Shown piece by piece: positions 25,702 to 34,352 of a DNA stretch of 54,593 nucleotides (the first letter of the stretch is position 1; the number at the start of each line of letters is the position of its first letter). The stretch is taken from the IMG/VR virus record IMGVR_UViG_3300025769_000151, positions 1 to 54,593 of that record; one strand, written 5' to 3'. The stretch comes from a virus. Taxonomy: Duplodnaviria > Caudoviricetes. The position numbers and the translations under genes were made by a program. The notes under the pieces are model-generated. The model was not told the DNA's origin. It did not search any database and was given only the letters and a program-made list of their open reading frames with translations.

Positions 25702-25975
25702 GTTTCATGTTAATCCTTAGCAATACCAAGTAGCCCATCAGGTCTAGCAGTGTGTCCTCATCCACGTCGTCTGTCCCCCAGTTCTTGATGCGGTTCAGCT
25801 TGTCGTCGATGCGAACTAGCAGTTGCTCGTGTGAGGTAGCCTTGCTAAAGATACGCGCTGGGTTGAGCGCAGCGTTGCCATACCTCCTGTTCTTCTCCGT
25901 AAGTAGAGAAGTGAGCTCGCCTAACACGCCCTTGACGTCTCGCACAAAGTCACGATGATTCAAGTTCTGCGACAT
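25589..25975 (-). CDS. DUF1599 / nucleotide-modification-associated domain 1-like protein
   Basis: LLTEKNRRYGN...VRIDDKLNRIKN...EDTLLDLMGYLVL. Confidence 0.7.
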   Translation of the reverse strand: MSQNLNHRDFVRDVKGVLGELTSLLTEKNRRYGNAALNPARIFSKATSHEQLLVRIDDKLNRIKNWGTDDVDEDTLLDLMGYLVLLRINMKHETGGNDIRGPLQQDTAVHHSGNSTATHPIWQAEEED

Positions 25976-26375
25976 ACTGCTTGATATTTTCTTTTAGTCT
26001 CATACCCAAGGCTGTACTCCCCACCTCCAAGTGGTAGATGCAGGTAGCTGCCTCCTTGAGAATCTTGTAGAAGTCGTAGTACCCATCGTACAGTGATGAG
26101 TTCTTCACGTAGTAACTCACGCTGCTGTGGTCTTTCTCAAGAGCCTTGGCGATTGACGTGATTGTGAAGTAGTGGAACATTGCCTCTGCAAACGCCACCC
26201 GGAAAATGACGTTGCGTTGCTCTCGGTTATGTGGGTCGAACGGGTAACCAATAGCTTGGTAGTACGAGTCCCTCACCTTGATGAGGTCGCCGACATCACG
26301 GCGCTTGACTTCGTACTTTGGAACCCACTCTCTTCTTGGAGAGTATCTCTTCAATTTTGATTTCGACTGTGCCAT
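25950..26375 (-). CDS. DnaA C-terminal-like HTH DNA-binding protein
   Basis: TITSIAKALEKDHSSVSYY resembles the DnaA domain IV signature (IG..F.RDH.TV). Start codon uncertain. Confidence 0.55.
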   Translation of the reverse strand: MAQSKSKLKRYSPRREWVPKYEVKRRDVGDLIKVRDSYYQAIGYPFDPHNREQRNVIFRVAFAEAMFHYFTITSIAKALEKDHSSVSYYVKNSSLYDGYYDFYKILKEAATCIYHLEVGSTALGMRLKENIKQYVAELESS

Positions 26376-26547
26376 CGTATCTAGGTCCGTAGTAGTTGCG
26401 GTACATCCTGTCCCATGTGTGTCCCTTGAGGATGTCCTCTTTGGTCTCTGCACTGGTGACAGCGTAGTCCTCCGCGCCGTACTCTCTGATTACCTTCTTG
26501 CCTTTCTTGTACCGGAGCTTTAGTTCGTAGTAGTAGATGTCTCTCAT
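26296..26547 (-). CDS. Hypothetical protein
   Basis: 83-aa basic ORF in the operon orientation. Confidence 0.5.
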   Translation of the reverse strand: MRDIYYYELKLRYKKGKKVIREYGAEDYAVTSAETKEDILKGHTWDRMYRNYYGPRYDGTVEIKIEEILSKKRVGSKVRSQAP

Positions 26548-26611
26548 GAGATGAAGCGGGGGCAGCCCTTAACCCAAGGCCACCCCCTAACATCATGAAA
26601 CAGTTTACCCC

Positions 26612-26869
26612 TTAGAACGGTACGTCGTTCGACTTGGTTTGCTGAGCGCCTTCGGCACGTGGGTCGTAGACGGATGCCCAAGCGTTCGACTTTGAGAAGC
26701 GCTCCTTGTCAGGAGTCAACACGACTGAGACATAGACAGCGCCTTTATCTGTTGCGTACTTCTTCATCTCTTCCAACTCAGCAAGGGTGAACTTGACACG
26801 AGCAGAAGACTTGACCTGCGTTACATCGCCGATGAAAACGCGGTCTGCTGGTTTGTTGTTTGTATCCAT
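26612..26869 (-). CDS. Small protein, possibly ssDNA-binding
   Basis: 85 aa ending SNDVPF, an SSB-like acidic-PF tail; adjacent to the exonuclease and ERF genes. Confidence 0.45.
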   Translation of the reverse strand: MDTNNKPADRVFIGDVTQVKSSARVKFTLAELEEMKKYATDKGAVYVSVVLTPDKERFSKSNAWASVYDPRAEGAQQTKSNDVPF

Positions 26870-26886
26870 GTGAATAGAATGTTGAA

Positions 26887-27669
26887 TTAAATTTCTTCGT
26901 AAATGTAGTCATTGACTACGGGTTTGTCAAGGAAAAGCCAATCTTTTATTTTGGCGACGGCATGCTCGAACTTGAACTGCCCTCTCAGAATCGTCTCTTC
27001 CTTCGCCTTATACACAGCCACCGGGTACGGGTACGTCTTTTCCTGAGCAACCCAAAAAAAGTCATCAAGACCCGCGACCTGCGTGTAGATATACGCTTGA
27101 ATGTCATAGGAGAATTTGTTTACATCGTACTTGAATCCCGGTATCGACCGCGTGCTCTTGCTGTCGGACACGTACTCCGCGCCCTTGCAGTCAAAGAAGC
27201 CACGCACTGGGATGTCGTCAATGAACTCGTTGAACTCAACCTGATAGTCGCCCATCATGTATCCGTCCTTGATGCCGGAGTCAATCAACCGCTTCACCAT
27301 GAAGTGAGCTGTCTTCCACTCTGACTCCTCAACGAGATGCTTGTCCTCCTCGACAGCCTCAGTCTTTATCTGTTGCACTGCCGCCTTGTACTCTGATGAG
27401 CTCTTGGGATTCTTCAGGGCCTTGACTCGGTCGCTCATCTTCTCCATGATTTGGTCATGGTCGATGACTTGATAGGTAGCCTTGGCCTTGTCAGGCTCGA
27501 ACAACATCATGTCGTACATCGAGCCGAAGGTGAGAGCCGGAGACTCCTTCTTCAGCTTGCCCGCCATATACAACTCGAAGGCACGCATGTCAGTGAGCGC
27601 ATGCTTGATTGAGCTGTAGGACAGATAACTCTTGCCCGTCTTCTCCTGTAGCTTGAGAGAGAACTCCAT
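26887..27669 (-). CDS. RecE/DUF3799-like PD-(D/E)XK exonuclease
   Basis: LSYSSIK, ALTFGS..D, RGFFD...SDSKST, YDIQAYIY, FFWVAQEK..PY. Confidence 0.75.
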   Translation of the reverse strand: MEFSLKLQEKTGKSYLSYSSIKHALTDMRAFELYMAGKLKKESPALTFGSMYDMMLFEPDKAKATYQVIDHDQIMEKMSDRVKALKNPKSSSEYKAAVQQIKTEAVEEDKHLVEESEWKTAHFMVKRLIDSGIKDGYMMGDYQVEFNEFIDDIPVRGFFDCKGAEYVSDSKSTRSIPGFKYDVNKFSYDIQAYIYTQVAGLDDFFWVAQEKTYPYPVAVYKAKEETILRGQFKFEHAVAKIKDWLFLDKPVVNDYIYEEI

Positions 27670-28301
27670 TATTTCCTCTTGCTCTTCGCGCCTTTAGCTG
27701 CGACGGTCTTATTGACTGTCTCGAGCAATTCGGAATCCTGTTCGGGAGTAAAGGTGTACTTGTCCACGGACATGGCGTAAGCTTGCTGTGGATTCTTTGA
27801 GTTCTGAATGAAAGCGATAGCTTTCTCCATAGTCTCGTCGTCTACCTGTGGCTTAATCTTGCCATTCTCAACAGGAGGTGCGGTGATTCTTTCTGGCTTG
27901 GTGTAGCTGCCATGCGTGTTGGTGGCATCGCTGTCCTTGCCATCATCAATACAGAACAGTCCGTTGAGCGCGTACTTTCTCGCGTACGAAGAGGCAGCAC
28001 CTGTGACTTGCGAGCCATCCATACCTTTCTTGTTCTCTTCTTCTCGAGCGAATCCTGAAGCAGATACTTCTGCCTCGCCATCAGATACTGTCACTGTAGC
28101 CTGCACATACACTCGACCACCTGTCTCTACGATGGTGTCACTCATCACGAGAGCGAGACCATGTTCTGTTAGAAGGGGCTTTACAGATTCTACAATGTCC
28201 TCGCACGAGCGGTACTTGTATTTGCCAAAGGAATTGAATTGTCCCTTGGGTGCTTTCAGTCGTGCCTGCACGTCAGAGAGCTTGTGAATGATTGTTTTCA
28301 T
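27669..28301 (-). CDS. erf: ERF-family ssDNA annealing protein
   Basis: LKAPKGQFNSFGKYKYRSCEDI and Q.TGAASSYARKYALNGLF.IDD..D.D. Confidence 0.9.
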   Translation of the reverse strand: MKTIIHKLSDVQARLKAPKGQFNSFGKYKYRSCEDIVESVKPLLTEHGLALVMSDTIVETGGRVYVQATVTVSDGEAEVSASGFAREEENKKGMDGSQVTGAASSYARKYALNGLFCIDDGKDSDATNTHGSYTKPERITAPPVENGKIKPQVDDETMEKAIAFIQNSKNPQQAYAMSVDKYTFTPEQDSELLETVNKTVAAKGAKSKRK

Positions 28302-28408
28302 GTGGAATTGAATTGTGTTGTTCCCGATTTATCGGGGTAAAGTTCGGAACTATTTCTGACAAAATCAAGGGTTTGATAGCAGGATGTAGGAAAAAAGTTT
28401 TCCACACA

Positions 28409-28510
28409 TCACTGCCATCGCCACCATAACATCTTGATAATGAACGAGATGTATAGCGTTAGTGCAACCCTTAGTACAAGCAGATGCCTGCGCCATTGTC
28501 TCTCTGTCAT
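28409..28510 (-). CDS. 33-aa membrane peptide (absent from ORF track)
   Basis: MTERQWRRHLLVLRVALTLYISFIIKMLWWRWQ*; ATGA overlap with the upstream stop. Confidence 0.5.
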   Translation of the reverse strand: MTERQWRRHLLVLRVALTLYISFIIKMLWWRWQ

Positions 28511-28830
28511 CGAACTGTCACCGAGTTCTCATGGATGATACGCATAAGCTTGAAGTACAGCTCACCGTCAACCTCATCATGGAACAGCATCTTGGACATG
28601 ACAAGCACAGCTGCGTTGCGCTCCTTGGCGTTGAGCGTGATGCACTTGCGGTCCTCGATGCGGAGCTGAGTCATCTTGGCACACACCGACTCGGGTGAGC
28701 GACCGATAATCTTAGCCACCTTGTTGATGGTTGGGTTGTTGAATGTGAGGGGCACGTCGTTTGTGATGTGCTCCGTAGCAGTGGCCACCTCTTGTTGTGA
28801 CCAACGTCTCTTGAAATTAGACATGTTCAT
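28507..28830 (-). CDS. Myb/HTH-like DNA-binding protein
   Basis: RRWSQQEV...VAKIIGRSPESVCAKM. Confidence 0.5.
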   Translation of the reverse strand: MNMSNFKRRWSQQEVATATEHITNDVPLTFNNPTINKVAKIIGRSPESVCAKMTQLRIEDRKCITLNAKERNAAVLVMSKMLFHDEVDGELYFKLMRIIHENSVTVR

Positions 28831-28835
28831 TTGAA

Positions 28836-29282
28836 TTAGGGATAGATTTCTACGTTGTTCTTGAGGTCCCACACACACTTCTCTCCGAGGAGTTTGCACC
28901 TGTCTAGTGCTTCCTCCTTGTCATCGAACAGCTGTGAGATGTCGACCTCGGTGTCACCTTCCTTGTTGTCCCATGTACCTACATACATCTTGGACTTAAG
29001 GCTGTGTTGCTTGAGCTTGGTGATGGCGTCCATCTGCATCGTCCATGCAATCGCTAGGTTGGACACGTATGATTGACGTGGCACTTGGATTGCGGGAAGG
29101 TCAAGCGCAGCCATGTCAGGATTGTAGACTGACTGCACTAGGATGGTTTCGGATAGGTCACTACGCCCAAGCATGTATCCTTCTGTCGGCACGTGGCTGT
29201 TCCATGGGGACACGGTCGAGCCTCCGTACATGAAGTGCATGTAGCACGCCTTGTACATTGCAAGCTTACTCTGCGATTCCAT
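28836..29282 (-). CDS. Early phage protein, possibly SAM-lyase-like fold
   Basis: GYML...YVGTW...VDISQ.F.DKEEAL...LGEKCVWDL pattern; the fold assignment is tentative. Confidence 0.4.
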   Translation of the reverse strand: MESQSKLAMYKACYMHFMYGGSTVSPWNSHVPTEGYMLGRSDLSETILVQSVYNPDMAALDLPAIQVPRQSYVSNLAIAWTMQMDAITKLKQHSLKSKMYVGTWDNKEGDTEVDISQLFDDKEEALDRCKLLGEKCVWDLKNNVEIYP

Positions 29283-29679
29283 ATAGGTTCCGATTGTGTA
29301 CAAGCATCAAGGGAACCACAGCGTTGTCCTCGTTGTCGGACACACCGCTTACCCAGTGTGGGTGCTTGCGTGGATTGTACATGTACCTCTTGTCGGTCTG
29401 CTCCATCAGTATTCGGGGCAGATGCTCGCCACCTACCAAGTGGTAGTCGTCGAACTCGACCCAAGCACAGACCGTCTTGTTCATGCCGTCGTGGATACGC
29501 TTGGCTACTGAGCCGTGGTTGCGTAGCCTACAGTTGTGCAACAGCGCAACGAATCCGTCAGGCCTGTGGTATTCTGTCGCCATAGCGAACTTGCCCACCG
29601 GAGACATCTTCTTGAGCTGCCACTTCTTGTAGTTTCTGCCACGACCCAAGTGGTACCGAAGTGTGTAGTGCCCGCTCAT
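29266..29679 (-). CDS. Conserved hypothetical phage protein
   Basis: 137 aa; K.VCAWV and YNP motifs; operon context. Confidence 0.55.
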   Translation of the reverse strand: MSGHYTLRYHLGRGRNYKKWQLKKMSPVGKFAMATEYHRPDGFVALLHNCRLRNHGSVAKRIHDGMNKTVCAWVEFDDYHLVGGEHLPRILMEQTDKRYMYNPRKHPHWVSGVSDNEDNAVVPLMLVHNRNLYGIAE

Positions 29680-29873
29680 ACCTCGTATGCTTTTGCGTTA
29701 CCTATCACACCGCCATTAGGTGCGACTACGAACAAGTCTGACGTACCATCGAGAGTGTTGATGCTGTAGCCCTTGTGCTCCATGGGAACTTGGCACAGCC
29801 AGACCATGGTTGCGTACTCCTTGCCGTCGTCAGACCAACCGACAAGGAATCTGCGTTCTTCAAAATCTGCCAT
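29676..29873 (-). CDS. Hypothetical protein
   Basis: 65 aa; translationally coupled on both sides. Confidence 0.55.
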   Translation of the reverse strand: MADFEERRFLVGWSDDGKEYATMVWLCQVPMEHKGYSINTLDGTSDLFVVAPNGGVIGNAKAYEV

Positions 29874-30166
29874 TACTTAAATGAATTTAGGTGTTCTAGT
29901 ATCTGCTCCTCAAGAGCAGCGAAGTCCATGAGGGTGGCGAGGTGGAAGTCCGTGATGTCGATGGGTTCCTCGGGTACCACGTTGGGCTCGACAACAGGGC
30001 GTGTGCTCTTGATGTACACACGGTCGACCTCCACGTACTCAGGGTTGCCGGGGTCGACGTCACTGTCAGGGCGGTACGGATGGTAGTCGTATGTGACGAA
30101 CACAACGTACTGATTGTCAGTGTCTTCCTGTAAAATGTATTCTTCCATGTTGATAAAGTTACTCAT
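29873..30166 (-). CDS. Acidic hypothetical protein
   Basis: YDYHPYRP....PGNPEYVEV..V motif; start refined to MSNFIN. Confidence 0.55.
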   Translation of the reverse strand: MSNFINMEEYILQEDTDNQYVVFVTYDYHPYRPDSDVDPGNPEYVEVDRVYIKSTRPVVEPNVVPEEPIDITDFHLATLMDFAALEEQILEHLNSFK

Positions 30167-30497
30167 TGGAATCCATAATAGCAAGGGGTTCCTTGCCTTT
30201 CTTTGCTCGGTGCTCGTTGACAAGTGCAGTTGACAGGTAACGAAGCGTGTTGATTTGCTTGTTGATTTTGCTGTTGAACTTGAACTGATTCACAGGGTCG
30301 GCCTCGTGCTTGGAAAGCTGTGCCGCCCTGCCGATGTGCAGGCAGTTGGACAGGGAGATGAAGTCCTTGTTGCCCACCTCAATGCGGATGCGCATACCCT
30401 CTTCTCCTCTTGCGTTGGGGATTCGCTTGATGACCATGCCGCCCGCTCGGTAGTCGAACTCCTCACGGGACTTGCGTTTGAATAGATTGAAAATCAT
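30159..30497 (-). CDS. Hypothetical protein
   Basis: 112 aa in operon. Confidence 0.55.
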   Translation of the reverse strand: MIFNLFKRKSREEFDYRAGGMVIKRIPNARGEEGMRIRIEVGNKDFISLSNCLHIGRAAQLSKHEADPVNQFKFNSKINKQINTLRYLSTALVNEHRAKKGKEPLAIMDSNE

Positions 30498-30613
30498 TTG
30501 CTTGTAAGTTTTTTAAGTTCGTCAATGATGTAGTCCAGAACTTCGCCATCACTTAGGCTCTCGTTCTTTGGAGAATGTATGAACTCAATGAGTTCTTTCA
30601 GCTTTTCATTCAT
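30494..30613 (-). CDS. 39-aa helical protein (absent from ORF track)
   Basis: MNEKLKELIEFIHSPKNESLSDGEVLDYIIDELKKLTSK*; fills the gap and overlaps both neighbours. Confidence 0.55.
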   Translation of the reverse strand: MNEKLKELIEFIHSPKNESLSDGEVLDYIIDELKKLTSK

Positions 30614-30845
30614 CGTCGTCGAAATTTGGTGAGTATTCCTTGATGTACTTGGCTACCATCTGTTCGATGTCACCGACAACCTCGTCCACGTCGTTGTGTG
30701 TGAGGTCGTACTCTTCGAGCATGAGCTTGGAGAGTCTCATGTACGCGCTGTCGTCAAGCGTGTGGCCGTCTGATATGCAGTAGCCCCTGTGGTTGAAGCA
30801 GTTGCTAACGTAGAGGCGGAGGTCTGATAATGTTTCGTTACTCAT
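30606..30845 (-). CDS. Acidic hypothetical protein
   Basis: Start refined to MSNETL; coupled to neighbours. Confidence 0.5.
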   Translation of the reverse strand: MSNETLSDLRLYVSNCFNHRGYCISDGHTLDDSAYMRLSKLMLEEYDLTHNDVDEVVGDIEQMVAKYIKEYSPNFDDDE

Positions 30846-31029
30846 TGTGTTTTGCTTTTTCGTAAAGTTGTACCAACTCGTCGTACAGGTCATAGAGTGC
30901 AGTGCGCGGGTCGAAGTTGGGGTCATCTTCCTGACGTACTAGGTAGTCCCCTACGATGTTCACGAACTCCACGCCTATCATGGTGGCGGATTGAAAGAAA
31001 ACAACCTCGTCTTTTTTGTCTTTACTCAT
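30838..31029 (-). CDS. Hypothetical protein
   Basis: 63 aa, coupled. Confidence 0.5.
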   Translation of the reverse strand: MSKDKKDEVVFFQSATMIGVEFVNIVGDYLVRQEDDPNFDPRTALYDLYDELVQLYEKAKHNE

Positions 31030-31390
31030 TGTCCATTCCGTATAGTTTGTCTAACACTTGTTGCAGGTCGTACTTGATGTCCGCCACCTTGTGACAGAGG
31101 TCTTCGATTACTTCCTTGTCGACTGCTCTTTCCTCTTCACCAAGGAACTCTGCTGAGTCAGCGAAGCCATCGTGGAAGTGGTCGGGGAAGTCGCACGGCT
31201 CGGAGCGATAGTCGCAGAAGGGGCACTCAATCTCCTCGTGTTGTGTGCGATGGATGAACGTAGAGCCACAGCTACCGCAGTCTACGAGGTTGAGGTTCGC
31301 ACCCTGCATCTCCTGTGTGTAATCTTCTTGGCACTTTCTCTTGTTCCTGCGGGTCATGCCCTTTGGGAACTGATTCATTGGTGTATTCAT
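31022..31390 (-). CDS. Zinc-ribbon protein
   Basis: CGSCG...ECPFC...CDFPD. Confidence 0.6.
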   Translation of the reverse strand: MNTPMNQFPKGMTRRNKRKCQEDYTQEMQGANLNLVDCGSCGSTFIHRTQHEEIECPFCDYRSEPCDFPDHFHDGFADSAEFLGEEERAVDKEVIEDLCHKVADIKYDLQQVLDKLYGMDNE

Positions 31391-31635
31391 TTGTGATTTG
31401 TGTAAATGGTTGCACATCTTTCTTCGTCTTGGTAGTACATGGCACCGCCATTGTTACCCTCGTCGTCGCTTTGCGGGATGAGGATTGACCCGTCGGTGAA
31501 GATGATTCGGACGGGTCGCTTGTACCACCCTGTCACCTCCATGTCGGGGTCGGATAGCCAATGCACGGACTTGATGGTCTTGCCTTCGAGTAGCTTGAAT
31601 GACTCGGGCACTTGGTATAATTCAGCTTGCTTCAT
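31387..31635 (-). CDS. Conserved hypothetical phage protein
   Basis: LLEGKTIKSV...IFTDG...PQSDDEGNNGGA. Confidence 0.6.
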   Translation of the reverse strand: MKQAELYQVPESFKLLEGKTIKSVHWLSDPDMEVTGWYKRPVRIIFTDGSILIPQSDDEGNNGGAMYYQDEERCATIYTNHK

Positions 31636-31829
31636 TGTTCTTGTTTGTTGATTATGATGCTCTCTTGTCCACTAAATTGTAGTTCGTACCACTCCTCCCA
31701 ACTACACCCACAATCATTGCAGGTTGCCGGATAGTAGACAGCGGTAGGCTCGAACTCACACAAGTCGTAGTCGATGTACTCGCTCTTGCAGTTAGGGCAA
31801 ACGCCCTCTTTTACTAGGTCTTGATTCAT
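31632..31829 (-). CDS. Zinc-ribbon protein
   Basis: CPNCKS...TCNDCGCSWEEWY. Confidence 0.6.
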   Translation of the reverse strand: MNQDLVKEGVCPNCKSEYIDYDLCEFEPTAVYYPATCNDCGCSWEEWYELQFSGQESIIINKQEQ

Positions 31830-32266
31830 GCCTTGGTGATTAGTTCTTCTTCGAGCATCTGCTCGATGATGTGGTTGATGATGCGGTCGATAACGTCGTC
31901 GCCGTTGGCACCCCACGAGATGCTCCCGTAGTTGACGGTGGGTAGCCACTCTTTGAACTCGATGTACAGCTTACGTGGTACGTGCCACTCAAGGTAGTCT
32001 ACCAAGTCCTCGTAGTATGAGTCCATCTCACGAACGATGGTGTCCTCACCCCAATCGTCGACGTCCTCCCACTCACGCCACAGGTTGCAGAACCCGTTGT
32101 TGTAGTAGTCGTAGCCGACCCGAGAGATTGCACGTAGTGCTTCGGGTAGTCCGTCCTCTGCTTCACCTGATGCAGGGATAAGTGCTTTCCATGCGGCATC
32201 GTACTGCTTTTGGTACTTGCCTTCTTGGTCCCAGTAGGAACCGCAGTCTTTGTTAATCTTAGACAT
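31826..32266 (-). CDS. Conserved hypothetical phage protein
   Basis: YWDQEGKYQ..Y....LIPASG...EALRAISR..YDYYNNG.CN. Confidence 0.6.
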   Translation of the reverse strand: MSKINKDCGSYWDQEGKYQKQYDAAWKALIPASGEAEDGLPEALRAISRVGYDYYNNGFCNLWREWEDVDDWGEDTIVREMDSYYEDLVDYLEWHVPRKLYIEFKEWLPTVNYGSISWGANGDDVIDRIINHIIEQMLEEELITKA

Positions 32267-32271
32267 AGTTA

Positions 32272-32469
32272 TTAGGATTGATGGGTTGATGTTTCGTTGT
32301 CGATGAGTTGACGGATTGCTCGGTAGCTGTAAGTCTCGTCGCGGTAAGCCCACTCGGTTGCGAGTTCCTTGCCGTTGACTTCTGCGATACCTCGGGAGAG
32401 GCCGTAGCCTCCGTTCTCGATGTTGAAGGTGATGCCGTTGTGCTCACCTGTGCCATGGTAGTTAGGCAT
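32272..32469 (-). CDS. Hypothetical protein
   Basis: 65 aa with an A/C-rich leader. Confidence 0.5.
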   Translation of the reverse strand: MPNYHGTGEHNGITFNIENGGYGLSRGIAEVNGKELATEWAYRDETYSYRAIRQLIDNETSTHQS

Positions 32470-32728
32470 TTTGATGGGTGTTTAAGTATTCTACTTGTGT
32501 GTCGTACGCTCCTGCGAATGCGTCAACGTCGGACTGATGCAACCTGATGTACAGCGATTGGTACACAGGCGGGTCGCCGTCGATGAGTATTTGCTTGGAG
32601 TGCAAGGTCACTGTGAAACCATCTTCAACAGGGTCGTCACCCGTGCTAACGATGTCGGCCTCGGTGTGTCCGAGTGCCTGAATGTACAGCAGTGCTTTCT
32701 GCACCTTAGATAAGTTTACTTGCTTCAT
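32462..32728 (-). CDS. Hypothetical protein
   Basis: 88 aa with an A/C-rich leader. Confidence 0.5.
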   Translation of the reverse strand: MKQVNLSKVQKALLYIQALGHTEADIVSTGDDPVEDGFTVTLHSKQILIDGDPPVYQSLYIRLHQSDVDAFAGAYDTQVEYLNTHQNA

Positions 32729-32738
32729 TCTCAGTGGG

Positions 32739-32831
32739 TTAGAGGATTGTCAGGAGTGAGCCGAGGAACGCCAACCATGCAAGGAAGGCGAACCACAGCC
32801 ACACATCAGGAGTCAGCCTGTTGCGCTTCAT
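32739..32831 (-). CDS. 30-aa single-pass membrane peptide (absent from ORF track)
   Basis: MKRNRLTPDVWLWFAFLAWLAFLGSLLTIL*: basic N-terminus plus a clean TM helix. Confidence 0.55.
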   Translation of the reverse strand: MKRNRLTPDVWLWFAFLAWLAFLGSLLTIL

Positions 32832-33321
32832 TGTCTGTTGATTTGTCAAGGTTGAACGTGGGTTTGGTCAGGTTGTGTGACCCAATCGTTGTGTCGATGG
32901 CGTCGTCATTCATGTCGAGAAATGCTCGGATGTCATCGTAGTCAGCGAGGTTGATTTGGCGGAAGCGCAGGTGGTCTGTCAAGTCCATCGCGTCAATGGT
33001 GTACGTGCCGTTGATGTCGAAGTACATCCCGTTGTCGCAGACGGATGTGTAGACGTCGGCTTCGTAGTCACGCGTCTCGTCTTGGACGTGCGACGCTTGG
33101 AAGTTTGCGCCATACCCTGCACCAAGCAGGAATACCTTGCGCAGTACAGGCCAATCGACAGCGAGGCCGTCGTTGTTGCGTAGCTTCTCTTCAAGCTCGG
33201 CAATCTTGTCTGCCTGCTCTTTGATGACGCGTTGAACTTCCGTGCAGAACTCGGCACGCTGAGTGTGAAGTTCGCTCTTGACTTGTGCCTGAGCCAAGAG
33301 GTCTTTGATTGATTGTTCCAT
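32806..33321 (-). CDS. Hypothetical coiled-coil protein
   Basis: Start refined to MEQSIK. Confidence 0.55.
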   Translation of the reverse strand: MEQSIKDLLAQAQVKSELHTQRAEFCTEVQRVIKEQADKIAELEEKLRNNDGLAVDWPVLRKVFLLGAGYGANFQASHVQDETRDYEADVYTSVCDNGMYFDINGTYTIDAMDLTDHLRFRQINLADYDDIRAFLDMNDDAIDTTIGSHNLTKPTFNLDKSTDNEAQQADS

Positions 33322-33344
33322 GATGTATGGGATTGAAATGAAAA

Positions 33345-33575
33345 TTAGTTTAGTGGTAGTGTGTCTACCTTGATTCCGAAATTGCCGTCCGCCTCGAGCC
33401 ACCCATCGTTGATGAGTGCTTGCGCCGTGCGTCCGTAGTGTCCTTGGAGTGTCCAAGCCATGCCTGTCTTGACGAGTTCAGAGAACAGGCGAAGCGTGCC
33501 CATGTCGTCGAGGTGTCCCATCTCGTAGTCGATGATGCGGTTGGTGACGTCGTACTTGTGTGAGTAAGTTCCCAT
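33345..33575 (-). CDS. Conserved small phage protein
   Basis: IIDYEMG.L......LFSELVKTGMAWTLQGHYGRTA..LI..G, a widespread phage early-gene motif. Confidence 0.7.
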   Translation of the reverse strand: MGTYSHKYDVTNRIIDYEMGHLDDMGTLRLFSELVKTGMAWTLQGHYGRTAQALINDGWLEADGNFGIKVDTLPLN

Positions 33576-33577
33576 GA

Positions 33578-33727
33578 TTAGTTGTATGCGGAACAGCGAG
33601 TGTTCCAATTAGCATTGAATTGATTTGACTGAACGTGCTTGGTGGTTGTACCACACGATGAGAGCACGAGTGCAACGAATGCACAGATAGATACTACGAC
33701 TGCGTAGCGCACAAGAATCTGTTTCAT
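33578..33727 (-). CDS. Small lipoprotein
   Basis: MKQILVRYAVVVSICAFVALVLSSC: signal peptide with lipobox LSS|C; 49 aa. Confidence 0.65.
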   Translation of the reverse strand: MKQILVRYAVVVSICAFVALVLSSCGTTTKHVQSNQFNANWNTRCSAYN

Positions 33728-33754
33728 CTTGATTGAATTAAGGGTTTGAGAAAA

Positions 33755-33950
33755 GCGAGGTTGGGTGGGGCCTGAACGTCTAGGTGTCACCCGTTCAGTG
33801 GCATTGCTCCCCTTGCCCATCCTCTACCCTGATTGTTATTCTGCCCACAGGGTGTCGGGTGGCATGGCATATATCTCGGCTCCGTCTTCGCCATGCGTTG
33901 CAGGGTCAGAGCCACGGTTTAGGTTGCGTTTAACGTCCGCCGACTATCGT
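33755..33950 (-). ncRNA. Structured intergenic RNA containing an H-type pseudoknot
   Basis: On the - strand, GGCTCTG/CGGAGCC and GCATGGCG/TGCCATGC are interleaved (33862-33913), followed by hairpins ACCCTG/CAGGGT and CTGAACG/CGTTCAG. Confidence 0.45.
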
Positions 33951-33953
33951 TGA

Positions 33954-34352
33954 TTATCCGTACACCACTTCGCCGAGCAGTACGCATTGAAGCCACACGT
34001 CTGCCGTGATGGCGTCGTCGTTCTCGGTGATGATGTTCATGAAGTGCCAATCGTAGTCCTTGGCCATCTTGGCCGTGCCGTCAGCGACACGATGCCATGA
34101 CAGCTCGCAGAACTGCTCCTGATACTCGTCGTAGAAGGCGATGGACTTGCCCGCCTCGATGTACGCCCACATCTTGCGTTCGATGTATGGCGTTGGGTGC
34201 GCCTCCCGAACGTCTTTGTTCAGGGGGCTATTCCAATGCTCTTCTATCTTGTCCCACTCCTCCTTCACAACGAGGAGGTCACGGGATGAATACATGGCGT
34301 TGCAGAAGACGTCGTGCAAACGCTCGTCGGGGATGTTGAGTTCTACTTTCAT
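33954..34352 (-). CDS. Conserved hypothetical phage protein
   Basis: C-terminal DAITADVWLQCVLLGEVVYG motif. Confidence 0.65.
   Translation of the reverse strand: MKVELNIPDERLHDVFCNAMYSSRDLLVVKEEWDKIEEHWNSPLNKDVREAHPTPYIERKMWAYIEAGKSIAFYDEYQEQFCELSWHRVADGTAKMAKDYDWHFMNIITENDDAITADVWLQCVLLGEVVYG

Noticed and set aside
26556-26588. GC-rich hairpin as an intrinsic terminator
   Set aside because: Imperfect stem and no U-tract on the transcribed strand.
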